From the IMG/VR virus record IMGVR_UViG_3300005573_000058, positions 32,001 through 96,000 of that record: a stretch of 64,000 bases of DNA; one strand, written 5' to 3'. Below are positions 32,025 to 41,144 of the stretch, one piece after another (position 1 is the first letter of the stretch; the number at the start of each line of letters is the position of its first letter). The notes beneath the pieces were generated by a model. The model had not been told where the DNA came from and searched no databases. It saw nothing but the letters and a program-made list of their open reading frames with translations. Source of the stretch: a virus. Position numbers and translations under genes: made by a program.

Positions 32025-32683
32025 TATATTTCTTCCCCCCTCTGCCATATCTTTTTAATCTCACTAGTAGCAGGATAGCTAGTTAATATATTATACATTA
32101 GATGAGCAGGACTGACAACACTATCAACTGCCAATCTCACGCCAGCATATTCATAAGATAGAGCAGCTAACTCACTACAGAAGTAAGCAAAATCAACTTG
32201 ATTAAGATATCTAGCTATTATAGTATCTTTAACTAAATACTTTATAATAGGTATCTTTAACAAAAACGACAGCACGCCAGGTAGATCATACAACGTGCCA
32301 ACCTTACTCAATGCAAATCTACATATCTTCTCTCTTTTATCTGAATCTAATATAGATAAATCTAACGTATATACTGTTTCAAAATCAGTGAAATGTCTAT
32401 TCAACTTAGTTACTTTCACGCCAGTGAAATCAGCAGATACACACTCCCCATCGCCAATATACACTTCTACATGAGATGGCAGTGTGTCTATTTTATCATG
32501 AAAATTTATATCTTCTATACTCTCATACCATGCTATAAGTTTTGACCATATACTCTTATGATCTCTAACAAATATGAGTGTACCTGGTAGTATATAATCA
32601 ATATCATTAGTATCATCTGTTATATCATACAAAAGTTCTTTTCTTTTGTTTTTTAACTGTATATATTTTTTAATATTCAACAT
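32024..32683 (-). CDS. Permuted papain-like NlpC/P60 enzyme (YiiX/YebB-like)
   Basis: PGTLIF, SHVEVYIG, VG..YD, YFCSEL...Y..AG, SP: His precedes Cys as in permuted NlpC/P60. Confidence 0.75.
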   Translation of the reverse strand: MLNIKKYIQLKNKRKELLYDITDDTNDIDYILPGTLIFVRDHKSIWSKLIAWYESIEDINFHDKIDTLPSHVEVYIGDGECVSADFTGVKVTKLNRHFTDFETVYTLDLSILDSDKREKICRFALSKVGTLYDLPGVLSFLLKIPIIKYLVKDTIIARYLNQVDFAYFCSELAALSYEYAGVRLAVDSVVSPAHLMYNILTSYPATSEIKKIWQRGEEI

Positions 32684-32700
32684 AGTTTAACCTCCTGTTA

Positions 32701-32795
32701 TAACATTACTACATCAGTAGCAGTCGCCGTTTTAACATTACTACATCAGCGGCAGTCGCTATTGTAACATTTACAACATCAGTGGCAGTCGTTCT
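32701..32795 (-). repeat. Three tandem ~32-bp repeats containing (G/A)CGACTGC(T/C)(A/G)CTGATGT
   Basis: cagtagcagtcg 32715, cagcggcagtcg 32747, cagtggcagtcg 32780, just upstream of the 32683 gene. Confidence 0.7.
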
Positions 32796-32829
32796 TTTAT
32801 AGTCATTCTTACACATCGTAGATAGTATA

Positions 32830-33430
32830 GCATATAACTGTTCTAAACAATGATATATTTTAAAATATAGATCAAGTAACGATTGTTACTTGATCATATA
32901 ACTGTTCTAAGTAGTGAATGTTATTGTTCTAATAACTGCTGTTATCTGTTTTTTAACTGTATAAGATAGATGAAATAGATGTATAAGAATGATGATAAAG
33001 ATGTAATAAACAAGATATAGGCTGCGAAAGTAAATATAAGAATGATAGTAGAACATATAGAAATATATAAAACAGATATAGAAAGCATAAAAATGAATAT
33101 AACAATGTAGCAGCAGTTAATGAGCAGGTATAAGAGCAGTATAAGAGCAGAATAGAGCAAGATAAGGGCAGTATAAGAGCAATATAAGAGCAAATAAATG
33201 GAACGACAGTTAATAGAGCAATGTAATGTAGAGCTGATGTAAGAGCAGATATAAGAGCAAGTAGAAGGCGGTGCGGTTTATAGAACAATAACGGCGACAT
33301 AACTTATAGAGCAGGTATAGGAACAGTATAGAGCTGTTATTAGAGCAAAGAAAAAAGAGCGGTGTAAGAACAGGTATAGGAACAATAGAAGAACAATGTA
33401 GAGCAGGTATAAGAACGGCTGAAGCAGGTG
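32830..33430. repeat. Non-coding strand-switch region with degenerate TA(A)GA(G/A)CAG repeats
   Basis: Many tataagagcag / tagagcag / taagaacag copies; the ORF-track ORFs here are low-complexity artefacts. Confidence 0.65.
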
Positions 33431-33472
33431 TGTAGCTATCTGAAAGTCATACTATTATCACGAGTGGTAAGT

Positions 33473-33700
33473 GGTTGTTTTTGATGGTATAGGGCTGTTC
33501 CGAGCCCTAGCCATCAAAAACGACCAAATGAAGCCTATCAACCTGGGCTGCAGGGGTTGATAGGATAGGGCACTGTAGCAACTTTCTCCCATAGCTGCCG
33601 CCCTATGGGAGGAGGGAAAAAAGAAAATGGCGGCAAAAAGGGAGGTAGGTATGTATAAAAAAGAAGAACAAAGGCAGCCAGGTGACACTCCGGCTGCTAA
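33473..33700 (+). ncRNA. GC-rich structured leader/ncRNA with two predicted pseudoknots
   Basis: Hairpins GGTTGTTTTTGATGG..AGGGCT/AGCCCT..CCATCAAAAACGACC, CCTATCAACC/GGTTGATAGG (loop GCTGCAG can pair with CTGTAGC), CTCCCATAG/CTATGGGAG (loop TGCCGCC can pair with GGCGGCA at 33629). Confidence 0.5.
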
Positions 33701-33767
33701 CGACAATAATAGGAGTGTCAACAAGCAGGGTAATGGAACAGGGACAGAACATAAAAAAGGAGGTAAT

Positions 33768-34808
33768 ATGAACATAGTAAATACATTCATACATAATATG
33801 AAAAAGAATATGACTACAGAAAATGCAAAAGACTTTGCGCAGATCATGACACTGACAGATGCAAAAGCTCTATGGGACAGCTATAAGAACTTCAAGATGA
33901 TAGAGACAGAGGATAACAACAAGAAGATGGAACAGATACTGATGAAACAGTTGATGAAAGAAGCTGTTGAGGCATTCATAAATAGATATAATGGAACAGA
34001 AATGAGTACTGTAGCTATGACTCCAGAAGAGATAGATACAGCTCTTACAAATATTGAAAGAACAGAAGAAGAGATTGAAAAGAAGATTAAAATGATCATG
34101 AGTAAGATAAATACTGATGATATGATGAAAGTCACAAAGAATTCTATATATGAATTTGTTACAGAAGTTGTAAAAATGAAGAATCCAACAACTGCAGATA
34201 TACTGAAACTTGCTATGAATATGAAAGTATCTACAATGACATCAGATACATTCGGTATTAAATTTGAGAAAGCATTTGCAGAAGCAGTAGCTGCTGTCGA
34301 CAAGATTGCTGGAAAGGAAGCTGTAAAGATAGAAATTGAAAATACAGAAGAATCTAAGATGGTTTCTATCCTTGATGGTGTGTTTAAAGTTGATATACTG
34401 AAGATATTCACAGATGTCATCCACATGATGCAAGTGAAGATGGTCAGAAAGTATAGTGATAGAAAATATAATATAGATCAGATGTTGACAGAAAAAACAG
34501 AAGCTATCAAAATGATGAATATTCTTGAGATGATAATAGAAGAGTTTGCGACAGATGGTAAGATAGATGATAAGACAGATGATAAAAAGATTACATTTAA
34601 AAATAATGTAATATTCTTCGAGAACATAGTGATGGATACAATAATAAACAGTCCACGCAGAAATGAATATGCAGAAGAGATAATTAGATATATTAATAAA
34701 ACAGATATAAAGGACAATGAAATCCTTGTTATTACATATGCCGAGATAAATAGTATTACAAGAGAAGCAGAAGTTACATTTAGAACATTGAAAAAGGAGA
34801 CAGTGTGA
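33768..34808 (+). CDS. Hypothetical Met-rich helical protein, first gene of the plus arm
   Basis: Start moved to the ATG at 33768 (AAGGAGGT RBS); coupled by GTGA to the next gene. Confidence 0.65.
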   Translation: MNIVNTFIHNMKKNMTTENAKDFAQIMTLTDAKALWDSYKNFKMIETEDNNKKMEQILMKQLMKEAVEAFINRYNGTEMSTVAMTPEEIDTALTNIERTEEEIEKKIKMIMSKINTDDMMKVTKNSIYEFVTEVVKMKNPTTADILKLAMNMKVSTMTSDTFGIKFEKAFAEAVAAVDKIAGKEAVKIEIENTEESKMVSILDGVFKVDILKIFTDVIHMMQVKMVRKYSDRKYNIDQMLTEKTEAIKMMNILEMIIEEFATDGKIDDKTDDKKITFKNNVIFFENIVMDTIINSPRRNEYAEEIIRYINKTDIKDNEILVITYAEINSITREAEVTFRTLKKETV

Positions 34809-37396
34809 ACAATAATAAAAATAACAAAATAAATAATAATATGAATACAAATATGAATAACAGAGTGATAATAGCATATACAGACGGATCTTGGACATCT
34901 AACAATCCAAATGTTGCTGGATTTGGTATCGTGATTACAGATATAAATAGAAATGTTGTCTATACAGAGACTGGTGAATTGACAGGTAATATTGTGAAGA
35001 TGAGACAAGTAGCAGGAGAGATGAAAGCTGCTATGAAAGCTGTATATTATGCAATAAACAACAGATATAATGAAATTGTTATCAGATATGACTATGAAGG
35101 CGTCGAAAAATGGGCCACTGGAGCATGGAAAGCAAAGAATGAATGGACTAAGAAATATGCAGAATGGATGAATAACGCGATGAAGAGAATAAGGATCAGA
35201 TTTGAGAAGATTAATGCAGCAGATAATATAGCAGACATGATAGCAAGAGAATCTACTGGAGCAAAGGATGCACATAACAGTGAAAGCAGATTAAAAGGAA
35301 TGTTCAATATGACAATGAAAAAAGATAATAATATGAATAATAACAAAAATAACGATACAGAAAAAGTAAGTCCTATGATTAGAGCAGTAGCGACAGAGGT
35401 AAATAAGATGCTCAATAATGACAACAGAATTAAGAAGATTAACAATGAGTATTGCACAATCGATCTGATTGTTGTAGCAAAGAGAGAAAATTCAGACATC
35501 GTGTCTGTAGCAGCTGAAGCAAGACAAGGCGTGATCAGTATAGAGAATGCAGAGATATATTATAAGAATATGATTAAATTTAAAGGATTCATTCCAACAG
35601 AAGCTGAAATTAAAGCGATAATTGGTGATAGAGAATTCATTTATGTAACTTCCAGTGGTCAAGGTCAGACAGATCCAATTATTATGATAGTTGCAAATGA
35701 TAGAATTAGAGAGGACAGAGAGCTTCTCAAGCTTGTAACGAATAATAAGAAGAAACTGCAAAGAATCAAGCTGCTCATCAGATCTCGTAAGTTCATGTTT
35801 GGTAATATAGGTATTACAGACGTTAAGTTCCTCGAAGATCCTGCTGACAACGATTATAGAACAGATGGTGTTATTTATCTAAATACAGATTTCGTAAGAG
35901 ACTTCAATAAGAAGAACGGTATAGATCTTGTTGGTGCAGAAGTGAAAGGTCTTGTGAAAGGTACTATAATGATGAGAGCAGATATACCATATAATGCTAT
36001 TGGTGTCCCAGTCGAAAATGCTCTCAAGTTCGACACAAGGGATAAGAATCTCATTCTTACACGTTCTGGTATAGCAGAATTTGCTGATTTCAGAATGACT
36101 CATACAAGAGGTCTGCCAATAGAACTTATACATCTTGTGAACAAGAAACTTACAAAGGATGAAAAGATTACAACTGCAGATCTTAAGATCAAGATACATG
36201 ATTCTAAACTCTTACACTATGTGTGGAAGATACCAGAGCTCAGAACAAAGATGATAGTTGAAAAGATCATGGATGAATTCAAAGCTGCTATTGTGAAAGC
36301 ATTCAAGACAGATATAAGGAAAGCTGGTGCTGTAATTGAACCTAAACTTGATCTTGACTATGACGAAGTAGTTGTACCACGCAAGATAGCAGAATGGATG
36401 AATATTAAAGTTGGTGACAAGGTTGCTCTATTCAGATCTCCAATTCCAACTCTGTTCAATCTTGCACAACTTAAAGTTGTAGCAACTACAGAACATAATG
36501 TGATCATGCTCAATCCAGATGTTGTGAAGTTTATACTTCTTGGTGATTATGATGGTGATACTGCCTTTATTATAACAGAACCAAGAATTGTTAAAGTTGC
36601 AACACCACCATCTACAATTATAGATGAAGCAAAGAGACTTGTAACTGAGTATGCAGAGAAAGTAGAAGAAAGGGCAGCTAATGTTGGTGATCTTGATGAG
36701 TATGAAATATGGAATCTGTCTTATAAGAACGCACAGCAGATTGGTAGAGCAACTTATAATCATTGGAGCTATATTGAGAAACATTATACATTCAGAGAAC
36801 AGATGAAGAGCTGGCTCTATAGAGTTCAGATGATCATAGATGCAACTAAATATGGAATCAATATTGGAGAAGTACAGAGCGATCTCGAAAATGAAATATA
36901 TGAAAATATGCTTGTTTCTGGTAAGTTTAGTGCAGAAAGTACCATAGAACTAGTAAATAAGAAGATTAATAGAACAGAAATATTTGGTATCCAAATGACA
37001 GAAGCATTTAAACTTGCATTTAAGAAGATGATTGAATATATGAATAAAGATGTTGATACAGCTGATATGAATAGAATTAGAAAGTTTACTAACGATGCAA
37101 TAGAACTGATTAAGAAACAAGGAAAGACAAAGATCTTAGATGAATATCTACTTACACTTTATAGAGATAAGAAATTTAATACTATAAAAACTATGATAGA
37201 AACAGATACTGAAAATAAGATCGATAGATTTATACTTGCTATTGCTGCACTCAGAGTATGGAACTATCCATGGAATGTTGGTATAGCAGAATTTGTGAAT
37301 CCAGATCTTATTGAAAAGCTTTATAATATAGAACATGCTAATTTCGAAGATGAAGAGCCAGAAATAGGAATAGATATTGATCAGGAGGAGATATGA
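34805..37396 (+). CDS. RNase HI domain fused to a single-chain two-barrel (YonO/eRdRP-like) nucleotide polymerase
   Basis: N-terminal IIAYTDGSW, RQVAGEMKA, RYDYEGV..W, N.IADMIA (RNase HI D-E-D-D residues); then TDGVIYL, EVKGLVKG, ALFRSPIP, LGDYDGD (DxDGD at 36545-36559). Confidence 0.75.
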   Translation: MNNNKNNKINNNMNTNMNNRVIIAYTDGSWTSNNPNVAGFGIVITDINRNVVYTETGELTGNIVKMRQVAGEMKAAMKAVYYAINNRYNEIVIRYDYEGVEKWATGAWKAKNEWTKKYAEWMNNAMKRIRIRFEKINAADNIADMIARESTGAKDAHNSESRLKGMFNMTMKKDNNMNNNKNNDTEKVSPMIRAVATEVNKMLNNDNRIKKINNEYCTIDLIVVAKRENSDIVSVAAEARQGVISIENAEIYYKNMIKFKGFIPTEAEIKAIIGDREFIYVTSSGQGQTDPIIMIVANDRIREDRELLKLVTNNKKKLQRIKLLIRSRKFMFGNIGITDVKFLEDPADNDYRTDGVIYLNTDFVRDFNKKNGIDLVGAEVKGLVKGTIMMRADIPYNAIGVPVENALKFDTRDKNLILTRSGIAEFADFRMTHTRGLPIELIHLVNKKLTKDEKITTADLKIKIHDSKLLHYVWKIPELRTKMIVEKIMDEFKAAIVKAFKTDIRKAGAVIEPKLDLDYDEVVVPRKIAEWMNIKVGDKVALFRSPIPTLFNLAQLKVVATTEHNVIMLNPDVVKFILLGDYDGDTAFIITEPRIVKVATPPSTIIDEAKRLVTEYAEKVEERAANVGDLDEYEIWNLSYKNAQQIGRATYNHWSYIEKHYTFREQMKSWLYRVQMIIDATKYGINIGEVQSDLENEIYENMLVSGKFSAESTIELVNKKINRTEIFGIQMTEAFKLAFKKMIEYMNKDVDTADMNRIRKFTNDAIELIKKQGKTKILDEYLLTLYRDKKFNTIKTMIETDTENKIDRFILAIAALRVWNYPWNVGIAEFVNPDLIEKLYNIEHANFEDEEPEIGIDIDQEEI

Positions 37397-37722
37397 TCGA
37401 CAATAAAATAATTAATATGATATTTTATAAAGTTGTTGTCAGAGGAACTAACAGCGGACCATGGTCAATTAATATGACAGAGAAAGAGAAAGCTACATCC
37501 AAATATGTATTCTTTGCAGATGAAAGAAACATTAATATATGGATCAGAGAGGCAGTAAGAACTTATGGCGACAGATATGAATTTGATCTTGTTTGCTATA
37601 GAGTTAAAGTAAATAATATTGATAATGTTATATATGAACCTAATCAGATTGTTATCAGAAAAGATGCAATTATATCTGTAACAGAGAAGATGAGAGTAAA
37701 GATCAACAAGGAGGCAGTGTGA
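37393..37722 (+). CDS. Hypothetical protein
   Basis: 109 aa, AGGAGG RBS, ATGA overlap. Confidence 0.6.
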   Translation: MIDNKIINMIFYKVVVRGTNSGPWSINMTEKEKATSKYVFFADERNINIWIREAVRTYGDRYEFDLVCYRVKVNNIDNVIYEPNQIVIRKDAIISVTEKMRVKINKEAV

Positions 37723-38420
37723 ACAATAATATTAATATAACTATGAAGAATCTTATGAAACAGATCCATGAATATATGAAGCAGATTCATGAACATAATA
37801 GCAGAATAAGTCATGAACAGAAGTTACAGAGAGAGATAAAAGATAATAGAAAGTTGATAATCAGATGGCTACAAGCATATGAAGTTGTTGATAAGACATA
37901 CGATGAAATATTTGAATATGAATTCAGTACAGCAGATAAGATAGAGAAAGCAGCAGAGGTAGTGATAAATAAGAAACATATGGATCATGTAAAAGTCGGA
38001 TTATTGTTCAATCATAAAGCTGTAAGAAGAACATTCAAAGGAGATGTATTTTCAATGTCAGGAGAACAGTTGAAAGATCTATTGAACAGATATGTGAGAG
38101 CGATGAAAGATGAAAACAATAGTGAGGATAGTTTAACAGAACAGTTCTTTAAGATGCATCATCTGAATGTACATACTGTTGAACAGATAGATGACAACAG
38201 ATTATATAAAACACAGAAAGCAGGTGGAGTTGTTCGTGAGTGCTGGGTCAGAGGTAGAATAATAGGTATAGTACTTAGAGATAGAATAAATCATATTTAC
38301 AACGAAAAAGAAGGACAGTTAATTATAGATGTATTAAGAACAGCGTTAGAATATGCGAAAAAGAACAATATACCAGTTTACATAATAGATGATAGGCAGC
38401 AGAGAGTATATATGGCATAA
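37719..38420 (+). CDS. Hypothetical protein
   Basis: 233 aa, GTGA overlap, AAGGAGG RBS. Confidence 0.6.
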   Translation: MNNNINITMKNLMKQIHEYMKQIHEHNSRISHEQKLQREIKDNRKLIIRWLQAYEVVDKTYDEIFEYEFSTADKIEKAAEVVINKKHMDHVKVGLLFNHKAVRRTFKGDVFSMSGEQLKDLLNRYVRAMKDENNSEDSLTEQFFKMHHLNVHTVEQIDDNRLYKTQKAGGVVRECWVRGRIIGIVLRDRINHIYNEKEGQLIIDVLRTALEYAKKNNIPVYIIDDRQQRVYMA

Positions 38421-38430
38421 CAATTTAAAA

Positions 38431-38750
38431 AAGCATCAGATATACATACTAGACGCATGCACTGTCGTGCACTGTAAGTGCATATGCATGTGTTACCTTT
38501 CTTAAGGTAACATGTGCATGGTGCATGTTGTTAGTATCTATATCTGATGCTTGGGTGTTGGCCTCACCCTTAAAAAAGGCCCGTTAGTTCAGGTGAGGTT
38601 CCGGACGAGAACATAGGAACCCCGGGGGCAGTAGCCCTGACATCGACAGCGGGCACTAATGTGCACCACGCTGTCGATTTTTTTCTTCCTGGCAGTCCTT
38701 AAGCTGCAGGAGGACATAAGTCCAGGAAGAGAAAATGGTAACTGCAGCAA
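38431..38750 (+). ncRNA. Large structured intergenic RNA-like element (long hairpin, pseudoknots, internal terminator)
   Basis: About 120-nt hairpin AAGCATCAGATATA...TATATCTGATGCTT; GGGTG/CACCC with loop GGCCT pairing AGGCC; GGTTCC/GGAACC; ATCGACAGCG/CGCTGTCGAT plus T-tract; TCTTCCTGG/CCAGGAAGA with GCTGCAG pairing CTGCAGC at 38742. Confidence 0.55.
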
Positions 38751-38821
38751 AAAACAAGAGCGATGGCATGGTGCCATCGCTCTAAACTTTGCTGCCTTTT
38801 ATGGCGGCAGAAGGAGGAGGT

Positions 38822-39199
38822 ATGTCTTTGTTGAAATTTGATGTCAAAAAAGTTATTATCACAAAAAATGAGATAAAAGTTGAAAAAAATGTTGTTGAAG
38901 CGATTAAAAAAGTTGCGGATATATCTTATAAGATGTATCCGCTTAAGAAAATTGTATGGATAAAGATTGACGATTTATGCGTTATAAGTCAAAATCCTAA
39001 AGGTAGAAGTATATATGCTAAGTTAGTAAGTAAAAACATAATAGGAATATATAGAGTAGGATGGATTGTTAAAGATAAAAAGGGTAAAAGAGAGTGGGTA
39101 GCAAAATATTTTTTGCGACCTAATCGAGAAAAAAATATATTTGAACTGGAAATCTACAAGCCAGGTTCGAAGATACCTGGCTTAGATGACAGGAAGTAA
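38822..39199 (+). CDS. Cassette 1 hypothetical protein (paralog of 44565-44996)
   Basis: ATG at 38822 with AGGAGG; SQNPKG.S.YA.LVS.N.IG.YR.GWI...AKYFLR.NR...LEIY.P...G.DDRK shared with the paralog. Confidence 0.7.
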   Translation: MSLLKFDVKKVIITKNEIKVEKNVVEAIKKVADISYKMYPLKKIVWIKIDDLCVISQNPKGRSIYAKLVSKNIIGIYRVGWIVKDKKGKREWVAKYFLRPNREKNIFELEIYKPGSKIPGLDDRK

Positions 39200-39420
39200 A
39201 ATAAATATGGTGGGTGGATAGGTTTGTTATTCTATCCCCCCCACCATATTCCCTCCAGGGAGAGTAGCGATTATGTATTGTTGCTACTCTCACTATGGGG
39301 AAGGAATAAACACACAGGCAACTGAAAATATGGTTGCCTGTGTTAATGGTTTTTAAAAAATTTGATAGGAACAGTGAGGTTCTATTCCTTCTGTTCCTAT
39401 CATAAAAATAAGGAGGTATT

Positions 39421-39756
39421 ATGTTAATTGTGTGTAACAGTTTTAGCACAAATATGTTAAATTCTTTTAATGATGAATCAGTTATCAGTTTCCGAAAAAT
39501 TTCCTTGCAAGAAGCAAGGAAATTCGTAGAAGACGCTGAGAGCGTCTCATCAGCTGTCGGCCATGCGCCGACTGCAGAAGTATTCTCTAAGTTGTTGGGA
39601 ATTAGAATAGAAACGAACAGGACCGAGATAAAACTCGGTCCTGAAACTGTCTTACTAATAGGTAGCCTCGGAACGAGGCTACCTGAAGGAAGAATCCTGT
39701 CCAAGGAAGAGCTTGAAGCTCTTCCAATTATTTGGTGGGTCGCCTCATTGGTTTAG
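39421..39756 (+). CDS. acrIII-1: AcrIII-1-family (DUF1874/YddF) cyclic oligoadenylate ring nuclease, anti-CRISPR
   Basis: ML.V.NSFS.NML, SAVGH..TA...S.LLG.....NR..IKL, L..RLPEGRIL...EL: signature of DUF1874, including the catalytic GH. Confidence 0.85.
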   Translation: MLIVCNSFSTNMLNSFNDESVISFRKISLQEARKFVEDAESVSSAVGHAPTAEVFSKLLGIRIETNRTEIKLGPETVLLIGSLGTRLPEGRILSKEELEALPIIWWVASLV

Positions 39757-39991
39757 GCAACCCACCAAAGAGAAGCCCCTTTCAGGGCTTCTCTTTTTGC
39801 CCCCCGCCATAGAGTTCCACAGTAGCCTGCGGGGGGCTTGTTCATACTACAGATGTAACATATGTAACAGTTGTATGAACAGAAGATTTCATTACTGTTC
39901 ATACAACTGTTGTATCTGCTTAAAACGGTTTTTAAAAAATAGAAATAGCAGGTTCTACTCCTGCTACTTCTATTATAAAAAAGGAGGTTGT

Positions 39992-40171
39992 ATGAAAAAA
40001 GAAGGAAAAATAGTAGTTAGGTTTGGAAGGTCTGATCCTGATGGAATAAGCTACTACTGTTTTCAAGAAGATAAAACTTATTACTCAGGATACTTTGATA
40101 TCATAGAAATAGAATTAAGTATAGAAGAGTGGAAAAAACTGAAAAGTCAATTAAAAACCCACAGCTGCTAA
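39992..40171 (+). CDS. Cassette 3 small hypothetical protein (59 aa)
   Basis: ATG at 39992 after AAGGAGGT; the track's longer N-terminus is translated repeat. Confidence 0.6.
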   Translation: MKKEGKIVVRFGRSDPDGISYYCFQEDKTYYSGYFDIIEIELSIEEWKKLKSQLKTHSC

Positions 40172-40383
40172 ACTGTGGGTTTTTTCTTTTTGCCCCCCGC
40201 CCTAGCCAATCCAAAGTAGCTGGCGGGGGGCTTGTTCATATTAAAGATGTAACAGAAGTATGAACAGAAGTTTTATTACTGTTCATACAACTGTTGCATC
40301 AATAGAGGTTTTTAAAAAAAGAGCAATGACAATGGTGTCATTGCTCTAAACAGCTGCCTTACGGCAGCAAAAAGGAGGTTTTT

Positions 40384-40920
40384 ATGATAAAAGAAGTTCA
40401 TGTAAACATATATGAAGTAATCATAAGAAAACTGGATACACCTTCTGACATATCTAAAGATGAAGCTATGATATACTTACAACTTGCGAAAGATAACGAT
40501 AATTATTACAGAAACGCAAAAAGAATTTATGAAAAGTTCAAAGATGATCCTGAGATAAGAAAAGAACTGCTCGAAAATGGTTTTACAGATCCTAAATTCT
40601 TATGGTCGTTAAGCGAAGACGAAATTAAAAATGCAAGAAAAGATTACAGATTTGCATTGGAAATAGTGTATAATATGACAGCGAAGGAAATCAGAGATGT
40701 TATACAAAGATGGAAGAAGGAAGAGGAAGAAATAGAAAGAAAGAGGAAAGAAGAAGAAAAAGAAGAAGCAAAAAGAATTGCTGAAGAGCTAGAAATTACA
40801 AAAGAAGATATAATAAGCAAGCCAGTAGAAGTAATCAAAAGGATAAGAATTATGAAAAATGCATATTTAAAAGAAGCAAAAGAAGTATTTGATAAAATAA
40901 AGAAAGTCCTCCTTGAGTGA
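40384..40920 (+). CDS. Cassette 4 protein with C-terminal ribosomal L7/L12 CTD-like motif
   Basis: KPVEVIKRIRIMKNAYLKEAKEVFD resembles the bL12 CTD pattern K..VIK.VR....LKEAK..V. Confidence 0.55.
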   Translation: MIKEVHVNIYEVIIRKLDTPSDISKDEAMIYLQLAKDNDNYYRNAKRIYEKFKDDPEIRKELLENGFTDPKFLWSLSEDEIKNARKDYRFALEIVYNMTAKEIRDVIQRWKKEEEEIERKRKEEEKEEAKRIAEELEITKEDIISKPVEVIKRIRIMKNAYLKEAKEVFDKIKKVLLE

Positions 40921-41144
40921 GGACTTTCTTTTTTTGTTACAGTAATCAGCCCGCCGCCACAGAATTTCAAAGCAGCCTGCGGCGGGCTTGTTTTTAAAGA
41001 TGCAACAGATGTATAGACAGAAGATTTTAATATAGTTCATACATCTGTTGCATCTGCTTAAAACGGTTTTTTAAAAAACAAGAGCGATGGCATGGTGCCA
41101 TCGCTCTAAACCTTGCCATCATATTGATGGCAAAAGGAGGTAAT

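Noticed and set aside
32942-33847. Minus-strand ORFs 32942-33193, 32953-33300, 33458-33847, 33603-33794 and plus ORF 29885-30091
   Set aside because: Low-complexity translations of repeat fields or structured RNA, without RBS.
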